Source of the DNA: Pelagomonas calceolata | Taxonomy: Eukaryota | DNA length: 64,000 nt | Direction of reading: 5' to 3' | Assembly (NCBI GenBank): GCA_918797485.1 | Contig: CAKKNE010000002.1 | Location: 6,076,001-6,140,000 of the forward strand | Shown: positions 40,965 through 52,640 of the stretch, piece after piece | Layout: each line of letters begins with the position of its first letter | Numbering within the stretch: position 1 is the stretch's first letter | The notes under the pieces: generated by a model | What the model was told of the DNA's origin: nothing | The model's input: only the letters and a program-made list of their open reading frames with translations | Database searches by the model: none | Program-made: the position numbers and the translations under genes

Positions 40965-43052
40965 ATGAACCGCTACAAGATCACCAAACAACTGGGAGAT
41001 GGCACCTACGGGTCCGTCTTACGGGCCGTCAACCGCCAGACCGGCGAGGTCACGGCCATCAAGAAGATGAAGAAGAAGTTCTACACGTGGGAGGAGTGCA
41101 TGCAGCTCCGCGAGGTGAAATCACTGAAGAAGCTGAACCACCCGAACATCGTCAAGCTGAAGGAGGTGATACGGGAGAACGACGAGTTGTTCTTCGTCTT
41201 CGAGTACATGGAGATGAATCTGTACGAGGTGATGAAGAAGCGCGAGCGCCACTTCCCCGAAAGCAAGATAAGGAACGTCATGTACCAGATCTTCCAGGGC
41301 CTGGCCTTCATGCACAAGCACGGCTTCTTCCACCGGGACATCAAGCCGGAGAACATGCTGGTGAAGGGCGACACGTGCAAGGTCGCCGACTTCGGACTGG
41401 CGCGCGAGATCCGGTCGCGGCCGCCCTACACGGACTACGTGTCCACGCGGTGGTACCGCGGGCCCGAGGTCCTGCTGCGGTCCGTGAACTACAATTCGCC
41501 CATCGACCAGTGGGCCTGCGGCTGCATCATGGCGGAGCTGTTCACGCTCCGGCCGCTCTTTCCCGGGTCGAGCGAAGCCGACATGATCTACAAGATCTGC
41601 TCCGTGCTCGGGTCGCCGTCCGTCGCCGACTGGCCCGAGGGCCAGAAGCTCGCGTCGCAGATGAACTTCCGCTTCCCGCAGTTCGTGCCGACGCACCTGT
41701 CGATCATCATCCCGAACGCGTCGCCGGAGGCCATATCGCTGATGGAAGATTTGATGCGGTTCGACCCCCAGAAGCGGCCGGGCGCCTCGCAGACGCTCCA
41801 GTACCCCTTCTTCCAGGTCAACGCGTCGCTGCCGCCGCCGCAGCCGGCGCCCGTCGCGGCCCCCGTCGCGGGCACGCCGCAGCGGCCCCAGTCGCGCCAC
41901 GCCGGCGCGAAGCCGAAGCTCGAGCGGCCCAAGTCGCGCCACTCCGGCGCCAAGCCGGCCAAGCCCCTGACGAAGTCCCCCGAGCCCGACATTCTCGACG
42001 ACGCCTTCGCGCTCGGCGTCGGCGGGCCCTCGGAGAAGCCCCCCAAGCTCCCGATGCAGGGCTCGGCCGCGCAGAACGCCCAGCCGGACCCCTTCGCGGA
42101 CCCCTTCTCCTCGCCGGCCAAGAAGGCGTCCTTTTCCGACCCCTTCGCGTCCTCGCCAAAGAAGGCGTCCTTCCAGGACCCCTTCGCGCCGCCCGTGCAG
42201 AAAAAGCCGTCCCTTCACGACCCGTTCAACGTGGGCGTGGCGCCCAAATCTAATTTTCAGGACCCGTTCGCGGACCCGTTCGCGGCGCCGGCGGCGAAGA
42301 AGCAGTCGTTCGCCGATCCCTTCGGCGCGCCGGCGGCGAAGAAGGCGTCCTTTAGCGACCCCTTCGCGGCGGCGGCGCCGAAGGCGGCGGACCCCTTCGC
42401 GGAGCCCCTCTTCGGGGGCGGCGGCGCCGCGGCGGCGTACGGCGGCGGGGGCGCCGCGTCGCCGGGCGGCGTGTCGCGCTACGCGCGCAACGCGCGCTAC
42501 GGCCCCGGCCTGAACTCCGGGGGGAGCGCCAAGAAGAAGTCGCCGGGCAGCGGCAAGAAGGAGAAGCGGCGGTCGGCCTACGCGCCCTTGAACTTCCGCG
42601 CGAAGCCGGACCCCTTCGCCGCCGCCGCCGCCGCCGAGCCGGACGACGGCCTCGAGCTGGGCCTGCGGCCCTACGGCGGCTTCGGCGGCCAGCGCGCGCT
42701 CGGCCGCGGCGGCCTCGGCGGCGGCGGCCTCGGCGGCGGCGGCGACGCGCTCGACCAGCTCGGCGGCGGCGGCTTCCCGGCCGCGCGGCGGCCGAGCAAC
42801 GGCTTCGGCGGCGGCGGCTCGAAGTTCGGCGGCGGCGGCGGCTTCGGCTTTGGCGGCGGCGGCGGCGGGCTCGGGGGCGGCGACGCGGGCTTCGGCGGCA
42901 CGGGCGGCCTCGGCGGCGGGCTCGGCGGTGGCGGGCTCGGCGGCGGCGGCCTCGGCCGGCGGCGGCGCGGCGGCGCCCTCGGCGCCGCGCGGGGCGGCGG
43001 CGGCGGCGGAGGTTTCGGCGGCGGCTTCGGCGGCGGGCGACACCGGTTCTAG
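40965..43052 (+). CDS. MAK/ICK (RCK family) Ser/Thr kinase with DPF-repeat and Gly-rich tail
   Basis: MNRY...[54 protein letters not shown] (TDY activation loop). Confidence 0.93.
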   Translation: MNRYKITKQLGDGTYGSVLRAVNRQTGEVTAIKKMKKKFYTWEECMQLREVKSLKKLNHPNIVKLKEVIRENDELFFVFEYMEMNLYEVMKKRERHFPESKIRNVMYQIFQGLAFMHKHGFFHRDIKPENMLVKGDTCKVADFGLAREIRSRPPYTDYVSTRWYRGPEVLLRSVNYNSPIDQWACGCIMAELFTLRPLFPGSSEADMIYKICSVLGSPSVADWPEGQKLASQMNFRFPQFVPTHLSIIIPNASPEAISLMEDLMRFDPQKRPGASQTLQYPFFQVNASLPPPQPAPVAAPVAGTPQRPQSRHAGAKPKLERPKSRHSGAKPAKPLTKSPEPDILDDAFALGVGGPSEKPPKLPMQGSAAQNAQPDPFADPFSSPAKKASFSDPFASSPKKASFQDPFAPPVQKKPSLHDPFNVGVAPKSNFQDPFADPFAAPAAKKQSFADPFGAPAAKKASFSDPFAAAAPKAADPFAEPLFGGGGAAAAYGGGGAASPGGVSRYARNARYGPGLNSGGSAKKKSPGSGKKEKRRSAYAPLNFRAKPDPFAAAAAAEPDDGLELGLRPYGGFGGQRALGRGGLGGGGLGGGGDALDQLGGGGFPAARRPSNGFGGGGSKFGGGGGFGFGGGGGGLGGGDAGFGGTGGLGGGLGGGGLGGGGLGRRRRGGALGAARGGGGGGGFGGGFGGGRHRF

Positions 43053-43068
43053 GATACCAGTTTTTATT

Positions 43069-43181
43069 AATTACAAATTCGTACCGTGCTACTCAGTTGA
43101 AGATACCTATATATCAACAACAGCTAAGGCTTCGTAGGAGTATCCGCAGCAGCAGGCTTCGCGAGCCGCGCCGACGCCCGC
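43069..43181. repeat. Direct duplicate of 43784-43878 (3' end of the PHD/AlkB gene)
   Basis: AATTACAAAT...TATATATCAAC(A)ACAGCTAAGGCTTCGTAG.AGTATCCGCAGCAGCAGG...CTTCGCGAGCCGCGCCGACGCCCGC occurs on both sides of the insert. Confidence 0.88.
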
Positions 43182-43783
43182 TAATTAAATAATAAATAAA
43201 TAAATAAATAAATAAATTAAGGAAGACCTAAAAAAGGAACAAGCTCCTAGGAGCCTTCTCCCTGCTCGGTCAGGATGCCCAACCGGAGCCTCGAAATAGC
43301 AGTAAGGTATCTATACAACGGATTTTCAATCTCCCGGGGTAACTCGTCCCCCATGACCAAGCGACATCGGCCCTCATCGGTCAATCGCCGTGCCGGGGGG
43401 CAAACCGAGTATAATCTCGCAAGAAATGCCTGCCGTTCTTCCTCAAAGGCCTCGCATTCAAACAACGTGTGTTGGATTGTTTCCGACTCGACGGACCTTC
43501 GTGCTCGGGCAAGTTCAAGATCGCGGCCAACGCGGCGTCCTGACGCGCGCGCTCGGCGATGTCGAAACTATGGCCCGGCGGAAGAATATCGGTACCGATC
43601 TTAGCGTACTCATCTCTGAACAGGTTTGCGACCTCCGAAGGGTCTGCCGTCGTTTGTTTCTCGCAGTGCGGGTTTTGGCCATGGACATACAACTCGATCG
43701 CGTCCGCGCAGTCGGAAGCAGCCCTCTGCAGTAGGACGTTCCAAAACTGCTTGGTGCGCGTTGGATCAGACGCCAAATCCTTC
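43182..43783 (-). mobile_element. Truncated/rearranged non-LTR retrotransposon (LINE) fragment with (TTTA)n tail
   Basis: Minus strand encodes SETIQHTLFECEAFEEER (CCHC-knuckle end typical of LINE ORF2); (TAAA)n at 43182-43220; flanked by a ~100-bp direct duplication. Confidence 0.65.
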
Positions 43784-43817
43784 AATTACAAATCGAAAAT
43801 ATTATATATCAACACAG

Positions 43818-45179
43818 CTAAGGCTTCGTAGTAGTATCCGCAGCAGCAGGAGGCTTCGCGAGCCGCGCCGACGCCCGCGTGGGCGCCGCTCGGGGCTTGG
43901 GCTCGCGCTTCGGCTTCCGCGGCTCCTTGCGCGGCGCGAACTGCCAGTAGACCTCCTTGTTCGCGAACGCGGGCGTGTGGAGCCCGAAGCGTAGGTTCAT
44001 GGACTCGCGCGGCTCGTCCGCGCCGGCCGACCGGCGAGAGCTACCGCACAACACGCCGTGGTCGCACACGTTTCGAGCGTCTCCCGACAGCACGTAGCAG
44101 TCGCCCACTTGGAGCGGAAAAGTCCAGCACTTTTCGCGCTGCTCCTCCGTGAAGACCTCAAAGTCGGATTCCGTGCCCTTGAGCAAAGCTATGATCGAGG
44201 GCGGCCCCGCCATCTGGATCGTCACGATGACGACGCCAAAGCCCTCGTGCATGGGGAAATCGAGATGAGGAGGCAAATGCCGCGCGTCGTTGTGCAAGTT
44301 CGGCTGCAGCGCGATGAGGTTCTCGAGGGAGACGTACTTCCGGTACTTCTCCGCGACCCGCTCCTTCACGAGGTCTACGACCGCCGCGAGGGCCTTCCGC
44401 GCCTTTCGGTCGACGTCCTGCTCCAGTAAAGTAAAGCTGCTCCGCCAGTTCGCCTCGCAGTCCCGCTTCGCGTCCAAGCCCTCCTTCTCGGGGGCCCAGA
44501 ACTGGAGGCCGCACGCCTCCAATCGTTTGCGGTCCCACTTCGCGAGGCTCGCGGGCAGGAACGCGTAGCCCTTCTTGCGCACGTCCGAGCCCTTGCCCTC
44601 CCACGACTGCAGGAGCTTGCCTCGCTTGAGCGCCGCCACGATGCTGCCGTGGAGCTGGCGCAGCGGCGCGAAGACCTTGGGGTCCAACGAACAGAACCCC
44701 GCGCCCGCGCAGGCGTGGTCGGCCGGGGCCATGCCGCCCTCGAAGCGTAGCGGCCGCGCCTTCTCGACGAGCGCCTCGAGCTCCTCGCGGTCCTTTCGTT
44801 CTTCTTTCGAGTGGGCGCGGTTCTCCTTCTTCTTCTTCGGAGGCGACGGGAGCGGCTCCGGCTGCTTCTCGACGCGGCGCTTCTTCGGCTTCTTGCAGTC
44901 CTGGCAGAGCCACTCGCCGCGCGGCAGCCGCGTCAAGCCGACGCACGCAAAGTGGAACCAGTTGTCGCAGCCGCCTTCGCACGCGACCATCTCGCCGTAG
45001 TAGCTGCCGCCGCAAACGCAGCCGCGCCAGTCGGCCCACTCGTCGTCGACGCCCTGGACCAGGGGCGCGGCCTTGTCGTCGGCAGCTGCGGCCTGCTCGC
45101 GCGCGTACGCCTCGCGGATCGCTTCCGCACTCTGGTCCGCCGCGAGCGTGCGCGCCTCGTCGTGCATGGGGTCATCCAT
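43818..45179 (-). CDS. PHD finger + AlkB-like 2OG-Fe(II) oxygenase
   Basis: CVC...[43 protein letters not shown]...[11 protein letters not shown]. Confidence 0.8.
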   Translation of the reverse strand: MDDPMHDEARTLAADQSAEAIREAYAREQAAAADDKAAPLVQGVDDEWADWRGCVCGGSYYGEMVACEGGCDNWFHFACVGLTRLPRGEWLCQDCKKPKKRRVEKQPEPLPSPPKKKKENRAHSKEERKDREELEALVEKARPLRFEGGMAPADHACAGAGFCSLDPKVFAPLRQLHGSIVAALKRGKLLQSWEGKGSDVRKKGYAFLPASLAKWDRKRLEACGLQFWAPEKEGLDAKRDCEANWRSSFTLLEQDVDRKARKALAAVVDLVKERVAEKYRKYVSLENLIALQPNLHNDARHLPPHLDFPMHEGFGVVIVTIQMAGPPSIIALLKGTESDFEVFTEEQREKCWTFPLQVGDCYVLSGDARNVCDHGVLCGSSRRSAGADEPRESMNLRFGLHTPAFANKEVYWQFAPRKEPRKPKREPKPRAAPTRASARLAKPPAAADTTTKP

Positions 45180-45408
45180 GCTGAAGGTCTCTGCACGCCT
45201 TCGTCGGGCGCAAAAGCTGCGCGCTGTCGATGGCTTATACCAAACGTGTCAAAAGCGATTTTTACGCAGCGAATACTTGCGTAAATGGCCAAGTTCTGGC
45301 TGTGTTGACCTCGAGACAAAACCCGTGCCGACTCTCGAAACCTGTCGCTGGCGCCAAAAAAAAAACACTAAAATTCACAAACGAGAGAGAGTGACTACTT
45401 TTACACAG

Positions 45409-48400
45409 TTATACCTTCGCCGCGCCGCACGCCGCGCACTGGAGGAAGCCCGCCTCGGCCTCGGAATGGGCGTAGGTGCACTTGGAGCAGGTCCAGGGCT
45501 CCGCATCGACGTCGAAGACGACGTCCGAGGCCGACGGCTTCTTCGGCGCGGGCTTCTTGGCCTTGGGCGCGAAGAAGCTGCGCACGTCGCCGCCGGCCGA
45601 CGACGCCTTGCGCTTGGCGGGAGCGGAGCGGCGCTTCGCGGGCGGCGCCCGCTGCGATGGCGGCGCCCGCTGCGGCGGCGGCGGCGGCGGCTTCGGCGCG
45701 AGCGGCGCCCGAGGCGCGCCCGAGTCGTCGCCCTTCTTCTTGAAGAAGGACTGGATCGTCTTGGGCGGCGTCGTCGCCGCGCGGAGCTTCGCCGCGTCGA
45801 CAGGCGTCGGCGGCTCGGCTCGCACGTGCTGGCGCGCGTGGGCCGCGCGCTGGCGGCTCCGCTGGGCGAGCGCCGCGCGCAGCGTATTGAGGACGTGCGT
45901 CGGGAACCGCACGCCGACGATCGTCTCGGACGGCAGCACGACGCGGACCGCGCGGAGGCGCTGGTCCTCCTTGTTCATCTCGACTTGGCGCTCCGCGACG
46001 GTCTGGGCGAGCGCCGGCCAGAGCGGCAGGACGTTGCCCGCGACGAGGCCGAGCCGCTTGAGCCGGCCGCCGTTGTCCTGGTTGTGCGACGACTCGTACT
46101 CCAGCGTCCACGCCTTGCGCAGCTGCTCCCGCTCCTCGTCGGACGCCGACGGCAGGCCGCCAGCGTGGCACGTGTACTTGCTAATGATGTCGTGCGCGAA
46201 GAGCTCGGTCGCGTTGGCGCCCGTGTTCGGCCGCGTGATGAGAAAGGTCTGGGCCGCGTTCGCCTTGCGGACCGCCATCATGATGTAGGGCCGCTTCGTC
46301 CGCGTGTTGGTGTGGTTCGAGATGTAAAAGCCCGCGCCCCGAAACGACCGCCGCGTCGCGTCCGGGTCGTTGTCGCCCGGCCTTGCGTTCGCGCGGCCCG
46401 TGCGCAGCTGGTCCTGCGCCGCGTCGAACGACGCGCCGCGATCCAGCGTGAGCTCGTAGAGTTTGGTAGACGCGCCGGACACGGCGTCGACGTCGACGGT
46501 GGTCACGGCGTTCACGACGACCGACGACGCGCGCACGGACGCCAGCCCGGCGTCGTAGGACCCCGCCGCCTTGGCCGCCTTGACGACGGCGGCGTGCGCC
46601 ACGGAAAAGTACTGGAACAGCAGCTTTTGGTCCGCGACGGGCGTCGCCTGGAGCCGATTCAAGAACAGCCTCACGTCGCCGTCCTTTTTTGGTTCGAGGT
46701 CGAGCGTGTCGTAGGCGTGGTGCGCGGCCGCGGCGAGCATGGACGTCTCGTCGGAGGCGTTGTAGAGCTGGGGCGCCTCCTCGTAGAGGTAGGGCGCGAA
46801 CGCGTCGTAGGCCGCGCGCCGCGTCGACCGCGCCCTCGCGGCGTCGCGCGCCATCGCGACGGCCGCGCGCAAGGCGTCGTTCTCCGCGCCGTCGGGATCG
46901 ACGTTGGCCGCGACACTTCGCGGGTCCCGCCCGTAGTCGCGGCACGCGCGCGCCACGTTCTTCAGCGCGTCCCGACCCTGGGGCGTGTCCAGGTCAAAGT
47001 CGCCCAGGTCCTGGCCCGACGCCGCCCGGCGGTCGCCCTTGGTGAGGGCCCCCAGGGACGCCAGACGCTTCGCGACGGCCGCGGCGAACCGCGCTTCTCC
47101 CCCGAGATCCGTCGCCAGCAGCGCGTAGACGGGCGCCGTGGCCTGGTGCGAGCGGTGCGTCCGGCCCAATTGCTGGATACACTTGTCCGCGGACCAGGCC
47201 AACTCCAACGTCACGTGGACGCGGCGGTGCTGCGCGCCTTTGGAACCAATGGCCGCGTGCAAGGACACGCCCGTCGAGGCCGCGTCCGAGATGATGGCGA
47301 TGCGCTTCTTGCCGTCCTGAAAGGCCGCGCGCTCCCGGAGGTTCGTCGTCGTGCTGTCCTGGTCCCGCGAGGCGTCGAACCGCTGCTCGTAGCGGTAGCG
47401 GCCGTTCTTGCGCGCGACGCGGAGGCCCCGGCCCGTCATTTCCGCCACCGTGTCGGGCCCGCCGAGCCGGTCGATGAGATCATCTAAAGGCGACGGTGGC
47501 ACCGGCAAGTCGTCGAGGCGCTGAAGGATCGCGTCGCGCAGCGCGACGAGCTCGGGGATGGGCTCGCCCTGTTTCTCCGCCGCCGCGCGCCGCGCGGCCT
47601 TCCACCGCGCGACGTGCTCCGCGGAGGGCGGGCCCCGGTCCGTCGTCAGGATCTTCCGCACGACCGCGTCGTCGATTTCCTCCAGGGGCTCCGGCGCCGG
47701 TTGTACCGGAAAGTGCTGCTGCACGAACGCGCGCGCCGACGAGCGCGCCGCGGCCACGAGCCCCGGCGCCGCGTCGCCGACCTTGGCGTGGGCCTCGGCC
47801 ATGACGTCCCGCAGCCCCGCCTCGCCGGTCGACTGGAGGCCGACGACGACGGACTTGCCGGCGGCCACGGCCTCCTTGGCGCGCTCGGCCACGTACGGCA
47901 CCTTGGCCGCCGTCTGGACCTCGCGGAAGAAGCGGAGCTGCGCGCCCCAGAAGCGCTGGCGCGCCGTGCCCGCCGCCGCGCCGCGGAGCTGCGTGCGCGT
48001 GATGGCGCGGTCGAGGGCGCGCCGGAGGCCTGCGCGCGCGAGGAGCCCGTTTGGTTTCGTTTCGAGAGAGGGGACGCGGCGTCGGCACCGCGCCACCACG
48101 CCGCCGCCTCGTCGTACGCGTCGCTGGCCTCTTTATCCAGATCGCAGGTCCAGCGCTCGAACTCGCAGCGCTGCCAGGCGAGGCCCCGCGACACGTAGGC
48201 GCCGCTCGACTTGAGCTCGAGCGCGAGCAGCTCCAGCGCGCCGACGCCGCGCTTCTCGAGCGTGTCGGCGAATGTCTTAAAGTCGGCGAAGGACGTGCCC
48301 GCGCCCCACAAGCCCAGCCGCTCCGCGTAGGCCATGTTCTTGATCTCCGAGACGCCCGTCGCCGACGCGTAGATCACTCGCGACAAAGGGAGCTTGTCCT

Positions 48401-49551
48401 GCAGGGCGCGGACGGCGCGCGAGACCTTCGTCGAGGCCTCCTCGTTGGACGCGTCAAAGTTCTTGGCGCCTGTGCGTCGCAATACGTCTAAGCCACGACT
48501 ACGGGCGACGAGAAGTGTAAAGCTATTTCAAAACACAGCTTCGCTACGGTGCGCCTCGTCGAAGATGACGCAGCCGTCGAAGCTGGGGCCGCCGCACCAC
48601 GCGACCAGTTGGTCGAGGCGCGACTGCTTCTTCGTCGTGGCGGCCGAGACCAACGTCGCGTAGGTCGCGAAGAGGACCGCGTTCTTGAGCGTCGGCCCGC
48701 CAAAGGCCTTCTTTTGTAACGCGTCGAGGCCGCGGCAGCCGTCGAGGACGGGAATGTGGCACGACACCGCCTGGAGGTCCCGCTCCGCGTCCACCCGCAA
48801 ATCGGTGCCGACCGAGAACCAGAGGTGCCGGCCGCGGCCGCGCGCGACGCCGTCCAGGATGCACCCGGCGAGCTGGCGGCCCTTGCCGACGCCCGCGCCT
48901 GCGTGCGAATCGATCGATCATGCCATCTGCGCTCCGTGGAAAATGAATGCGATTCGCGCGCTGGCCCGCGCCGTCGCCCAGGAAGAATCCCGCGCGGACG
49001 CCGTTCGCGACGACGGCGTGGCGCCGCGCCGCGCGCAGCGCGCCCTCGAGCTGCAGCGCCGACAGCGCGCCCGAGTTCGCGCAGGCCTCGAGCGCCGCGC
49101 CCGGGTCGACGTCGACGAGGGAGGGCGCGGCGACCGACGCCAACAGCACGGACTCGCTGATCTCGCCCGGGTGCACGCGGGCGTTTGCTAGACTTGCCGG
49201 CAGCGGCGGCGCCGCGTAGGCGGCGAAGACCTCGGCCTCGATCGCCTCGTCGACGGCGTCCGCGTCGTCCTCCTTGGGCTGCGGCGCGGCGCCGGACGCC
49301 GGAGCTGCGTGCGCGGCGCCGGCCGCGGGCGCGGCGCGCGGCGGCGGCGGCGCCGACGACGAGGCCTTCGAGTCGTCGTCGCCGAACTTGAGCATGCGGT
49401 ACAAGGCGACCTCGGCCTGCTGCGCGTTGAGGCCCTCCGCCTTCTTTTGGACGTAGAATTGGCAGCAGCCCGAGATTAGCGACGCGTCGGGGCGCTTAAC
49501 GCTCGCGCGCTCGAGGGCGCGCAGCGCGGCTGCTCTGGACTCAGCACTCAT
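45409..49551 (-). CDS. Second strawberry notch (SBNO)-family protein with C-terminal NZF zinc finger; exons 49551-48972, 48898-48548, 48469-48089, 48029-45409
   Basis: Splicing restores GFFLGD|GAGVGKGRQ and FDEAH|RAKN; also YASATG, GLQSTGE, AEMTGR, ISDAASTGVSLHA, QQLGRTHR; WTCSKCTY...CAACG at the C-terminus. Confidence 0.88.
48899..48963 (-). mobile_element. Mini/decayed introner (65 bp); intron 48971..48899 (GC-AG)
   Basis: Perfect 8-bp TSD GCCCGCGC (48891-48898 / 48964-48971); imperfect TIR CTGCGTGCGAATCG / CGATTCGCGCGCTG (12/14). Confidence 0.8.
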
Positions 49552-49841
49552 TTTTTTGAATCCAGTAGGGAGAGCGCTCCTCGCGCTCTCGGTCAATGCG
49601 CAGCGCGCGCGGCTCGCGCAGCGCTTTTAGGTCGCTGCGAGCTCTTGCGGCGAGCACCTCCCACTCGTAGGCGCCCCGTCGAGCAGCGCTCGAGCTGAAA
49701 TCGGTCCATGACGGGTTTTTGTCCCAAAAAAAGCGCTGGCCAAAGCGCGCCAAAACGGCAGGTCAGAAGCACGCAGACCTCGTGAAAGACGCCCATTTGA
49801 CGTATCGTACCAAAGCAAGCCAAAAAGCGCACAGCTGTCGG

Positions 49842-50747
49842 ATGCGCCTTTGCAGCATCGCGGCGCTCGTCGCCGTGCGCGCCGCAGCGCTGCAACCCGT
49901 GCGACGGCTGCAGCCACTGCGTGCAGCAGCCACCGCAGAGCCAGCAGCGCGAAAGCCTGCGAACCTGCGCGCCGCGGCCTCGGCGACCGCCTGGGCCGCG
50001 AGCGCCGCGTACTCTCTCGGCACGTACAAGCCCCACCGCATAGCTCACAACGCCGTCGGCATTGCACAAGCACTAACCGCCCTACCGCTCGTCGCTGCCG
50101 CGGCCCAGGCGCCCGACGACAGGCGCCTCGCGCTGGCCTGGGCCGCCGCGAGCGCGTGGTCGGTCGCGTGCGTCGTCTTTGCGCCGGCGGTCACGCGCGC
50201 GTTCGTGCGGGGCACGTCGCACCCGGTGCGCTACCCGCCAGCCCTCGCTGCGCTGGCGATCGGGCTGCACGTCTTTGCGGGAGTCGGCGCGACGCGGAGC
50301 TGGCGTCGGGCGGGCGGCACGCCGGACACGGCGGTGAGCGGCGTGCTCCGCGGCGTCGCGCCGGCCGAGGACGTTTCGTCGACGGCCGCCGTCGAGCTCG
50401 CCTTTTGCGCCCGCGCGTTCGCCGTCTTCGCCGCCGGCGCGATCCTGGCGCCGTTCCCCGTCGCGACGCTGCCGAGTCTCCTGGGCAAGCGGATGGCGCG
50501 CGCGTTCGGCGCCTGGTCTCTGCTGGGCGCCGCGGCGTGCCTCTCGCTGCGGGACGCGAAAGGCGCCGCCGCGCGGCCGCTGAAGCGCGGGCTCCGGGCG
50601 CACGCGCTGGCACACGTCGCCCTCGCCGCGGCGCGGCCGTTCGTCGACGGCATGGGCCTCTACCCGGCGGCGACGGCGTGCGCGCCCGCCTGGGCGGCGA
50701 CGCTCCTCGCGTACGGCGTTTTGTTGGACGGAGTAAGGCGGTGCTAG
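49842..50747 (+). CDS. Hypothetical multi-pass membrane protein with signal/transit peptide
   Basis: MRLCSIAALVAVRAAAL..., several hydrophobic segments, high GC3. Confidence 0.6.
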   Translation: MRLCSIAALVAVRAAALQPVRRLQPLRAAATAEPAARKPANLRAAASATAWAASAAYSLGTYKPHRIAHNAVGIAQALTALPLVAAAAQAPDDRRLALAWAAASAWSVACVVFAPAVTRAFVRGTSHPVRYPPALAALAIGLHVFAGVGATRSWRRAGGTPDTAVSGVLRGVAPAEDVSSTAAVELAFCARAFAVFAAGAILAPFPVATLPSLLGKRMARAFGAWSLLGAAACLSLRDAKGAAARPLKRGLRAHALAHVALAAARPFVDGMGLYPAATACAPAWAATLLAYGVLLDGVRRC

Positions 50748-51038
50748 TTTTTATTTCTGAGGCTGATCAGCTCGTTCCGGGACGTTTCTAGAGTCCGAGA
50801 TTTTCCGAGATTTATTTAGCGGCTCTTTGGCATGATCGCCTGCGGTCCTGCGGTACTCCGCCTCACCAAAAAAGAAGCCAGCGAACGCATCGTCGCGCCG
50901 CGTCCCCCGACCCCCGCCACACGCGCAACTGTCCCCATCTCCACGCGCTGCGGCGAGCGGGGGGAGCTGCGCAAACAAGGCAATCTGGGGGCAGCCCCTC
51001 TTCTCTGGCATCGACGCCGTGCCGCGAACCCGCCCCTC

Positions 51039-52640
51039 ATGAAGCTCGCCCTCCTCGCCCTCGCGGCCACGACGGCGCACGCCGCCTGCCCGAACTCGTG
51101 CAGCGGCCACGGCACGTGCGGCGCCGACGACACGTGCACGTGCTACCAGGACTGGGTCATGGGCGACCAGGACGGCGGCGACTGCTCGGACCGCCGCTGC
51201 CCCTACCAGGTCGCCTGGTCGGCCGGCCCCGACAAGACGGGCAACATCCACACGTACGCCGAGTGCGCCGGCGTCGGCATCTGCGACCGCGGCTCGGGTG
51301 ACTGCGAGTGCTTCGAGGGCTACACGGGCCGCGGCTGCGGCCTCCAGACCTGCCCGAACGACTGCTCGGGCCACGGCGAGTGCGTCTACGCCGAGGACGT
51401 GACCTTCGGCACCGTCTACGGCGACTACAACGTAGACGCACCGTCTGGGGGCCTCGGCGTCGGCGCCGTCAAGATCCCCCAAAAGCCCAACTGGGACTCG
51501 GGCAAGGTGCGCATGTGCGTCTGCGATCCGGGCTACACGGACATCGACTGCTCGCGCCGCATGTGCCCCAAGGGCAACGACGTCATGGACGAGCGTTTGG
51601 ACCTGGTCACGGCGCTCAAGTACCACAGGCAGTATTTGGTTCTCATTGGCGCCGGTGCGCTCGGCGACGGCGTCGCGTACGACGACGCGGGTGCCGAGTG
51701 CCAAACGTCGCAGATCAAGTTCCAATCTACCCAACCCACTTCCGACGCGTGCTTCGCCGACCTCGTCGGCCGCTCCTTCGCCCTCACGTTCACGTCCCAG
51801 CTCAACCAGTCCTACACGACGAGGCCCATCGTCATCGCGAAGATCAGCGACCAGACCGGCAGCACCGACACCGAGAAGCGGGACGCCGCCCAAACGGCGA
51901 CGGCCGCGGCCGTGAAGGACGCTTTGCGCGAGCTCCCCAACTACGTCATCGATGACTGCGAAGTGGACTGCTGGTACGAGGATACCTCGGGCGTCGGCGC
52001 ACACTACCCGTCCGTGAAGTGCGAGGTCGAGTTCACCGGGTCGTCCGTCGCGGGCCCCCAGTACCTCCTGGAGGTCGAGGCCGACAAGTGCGACTCCGGC
52101 TGCACGCCCCAGCTGTCGAACCCGGTCCGGCTCAAGTCCGCCCTGAGGCCCTCGACGGAGGGCAACCCCACGTGCCCATACCCACCCTATGAATGTGGGA
52201 CTGCCTTCTGGGGCAAGAGCGGGACGTATGGTATTGTGGGCACAGCGGGGATTGATGATAGTGCTACGACGCTTCCCGTAACGGATGGTGCTGATATTGG
52301 TGTAGATGCAACCGGTCTTGACAAATACATCATGGTCGGCAGCGAGGTCATGCAACTTACCGCCATCGCGGGTACGTCTCTGACTGTAGTGCGCGGCCAC
52401 GATGGAACGACTGCTGCGGCTCACGCCGGTGGAGATATAGTATACCTCTTATCCGGCACGACCAAGGGTTCTCAAGGTCCGCACCCGGACGTCCTCTCGC
52501 ACGTCGCTGAGGAGGAGGCTGCCGACTACAACTCGTTCGAGTGCGGCCGCCGCGGCAAGTGCGACTACTCGTCCGGCGAGTGCGAGTGCTTCGAGGGCTA
52601 CATGGGCGACCGCTGCCAGACCCAGACGGCGCTCATCTGA
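51039..52640 (+). CDS. Tubular mastigoneme protein (Ocm1/Sig-type, EGF/tenascin repeats)
   Basis: Signal peptide + [49 protein letters not shown], terminal [28 protein letters not shown]. Confidence 0.88.
   Translation: MKLALLALAATTAHAACPNSCSGHGTCGADDTCTCYQDWVMGDQDGGDCSDRRCPYQVAWSAGPDKTGNIHTYAECAGVGICDRGSGDCECFEGYTGRGCGLQTCPNDCSGHGECVYAEDVTFGTVYGDYNVDAPSGGLGVGAVKIPQKPNWDSGKVRMCVCDPGYTDIDCSRRMCPKGNDVMDERLDLVTALKYHRQYLVLIGAGALGDGVAYDDAGAECQTSQIKFQSTQPTSDACFADLVGRSFALTFTSQLNQSYTTRPIVIAKISDQTGSTDTEKRDAAQTATAAAVKDALRELPNYVIDDCEVDCWYEDTSGVGAHYPSVKCEVEFTGSSVAGPQYLLEVEADKCDSGCTPQLSNPVRLKSALRPSTEGNPTCPYPPYECGTAFWGKSGTYGIVGTAGIDDSATTLPVTDGADIGVDATGLDKYIMVGSEVMQLTAIAGTSLTVVRGHDGTTAAAHAGGDIVYLLSGTTKGSQGPHPDVLSHVAEEEAADYNSFECGRRGKCDYSSGECECFEGYMGDRCQTQTALI

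Noticed and set aside
45073..47487. 804-aa plus-strand ORF, and similar long shadows (9872..11509, 28528..30642, 29006..30652, 41121..43043, 58881..61256)
   Set aside because: Antisense or off-frame shadows of recognisable genes, caused by GC3 bias and few stop codons.
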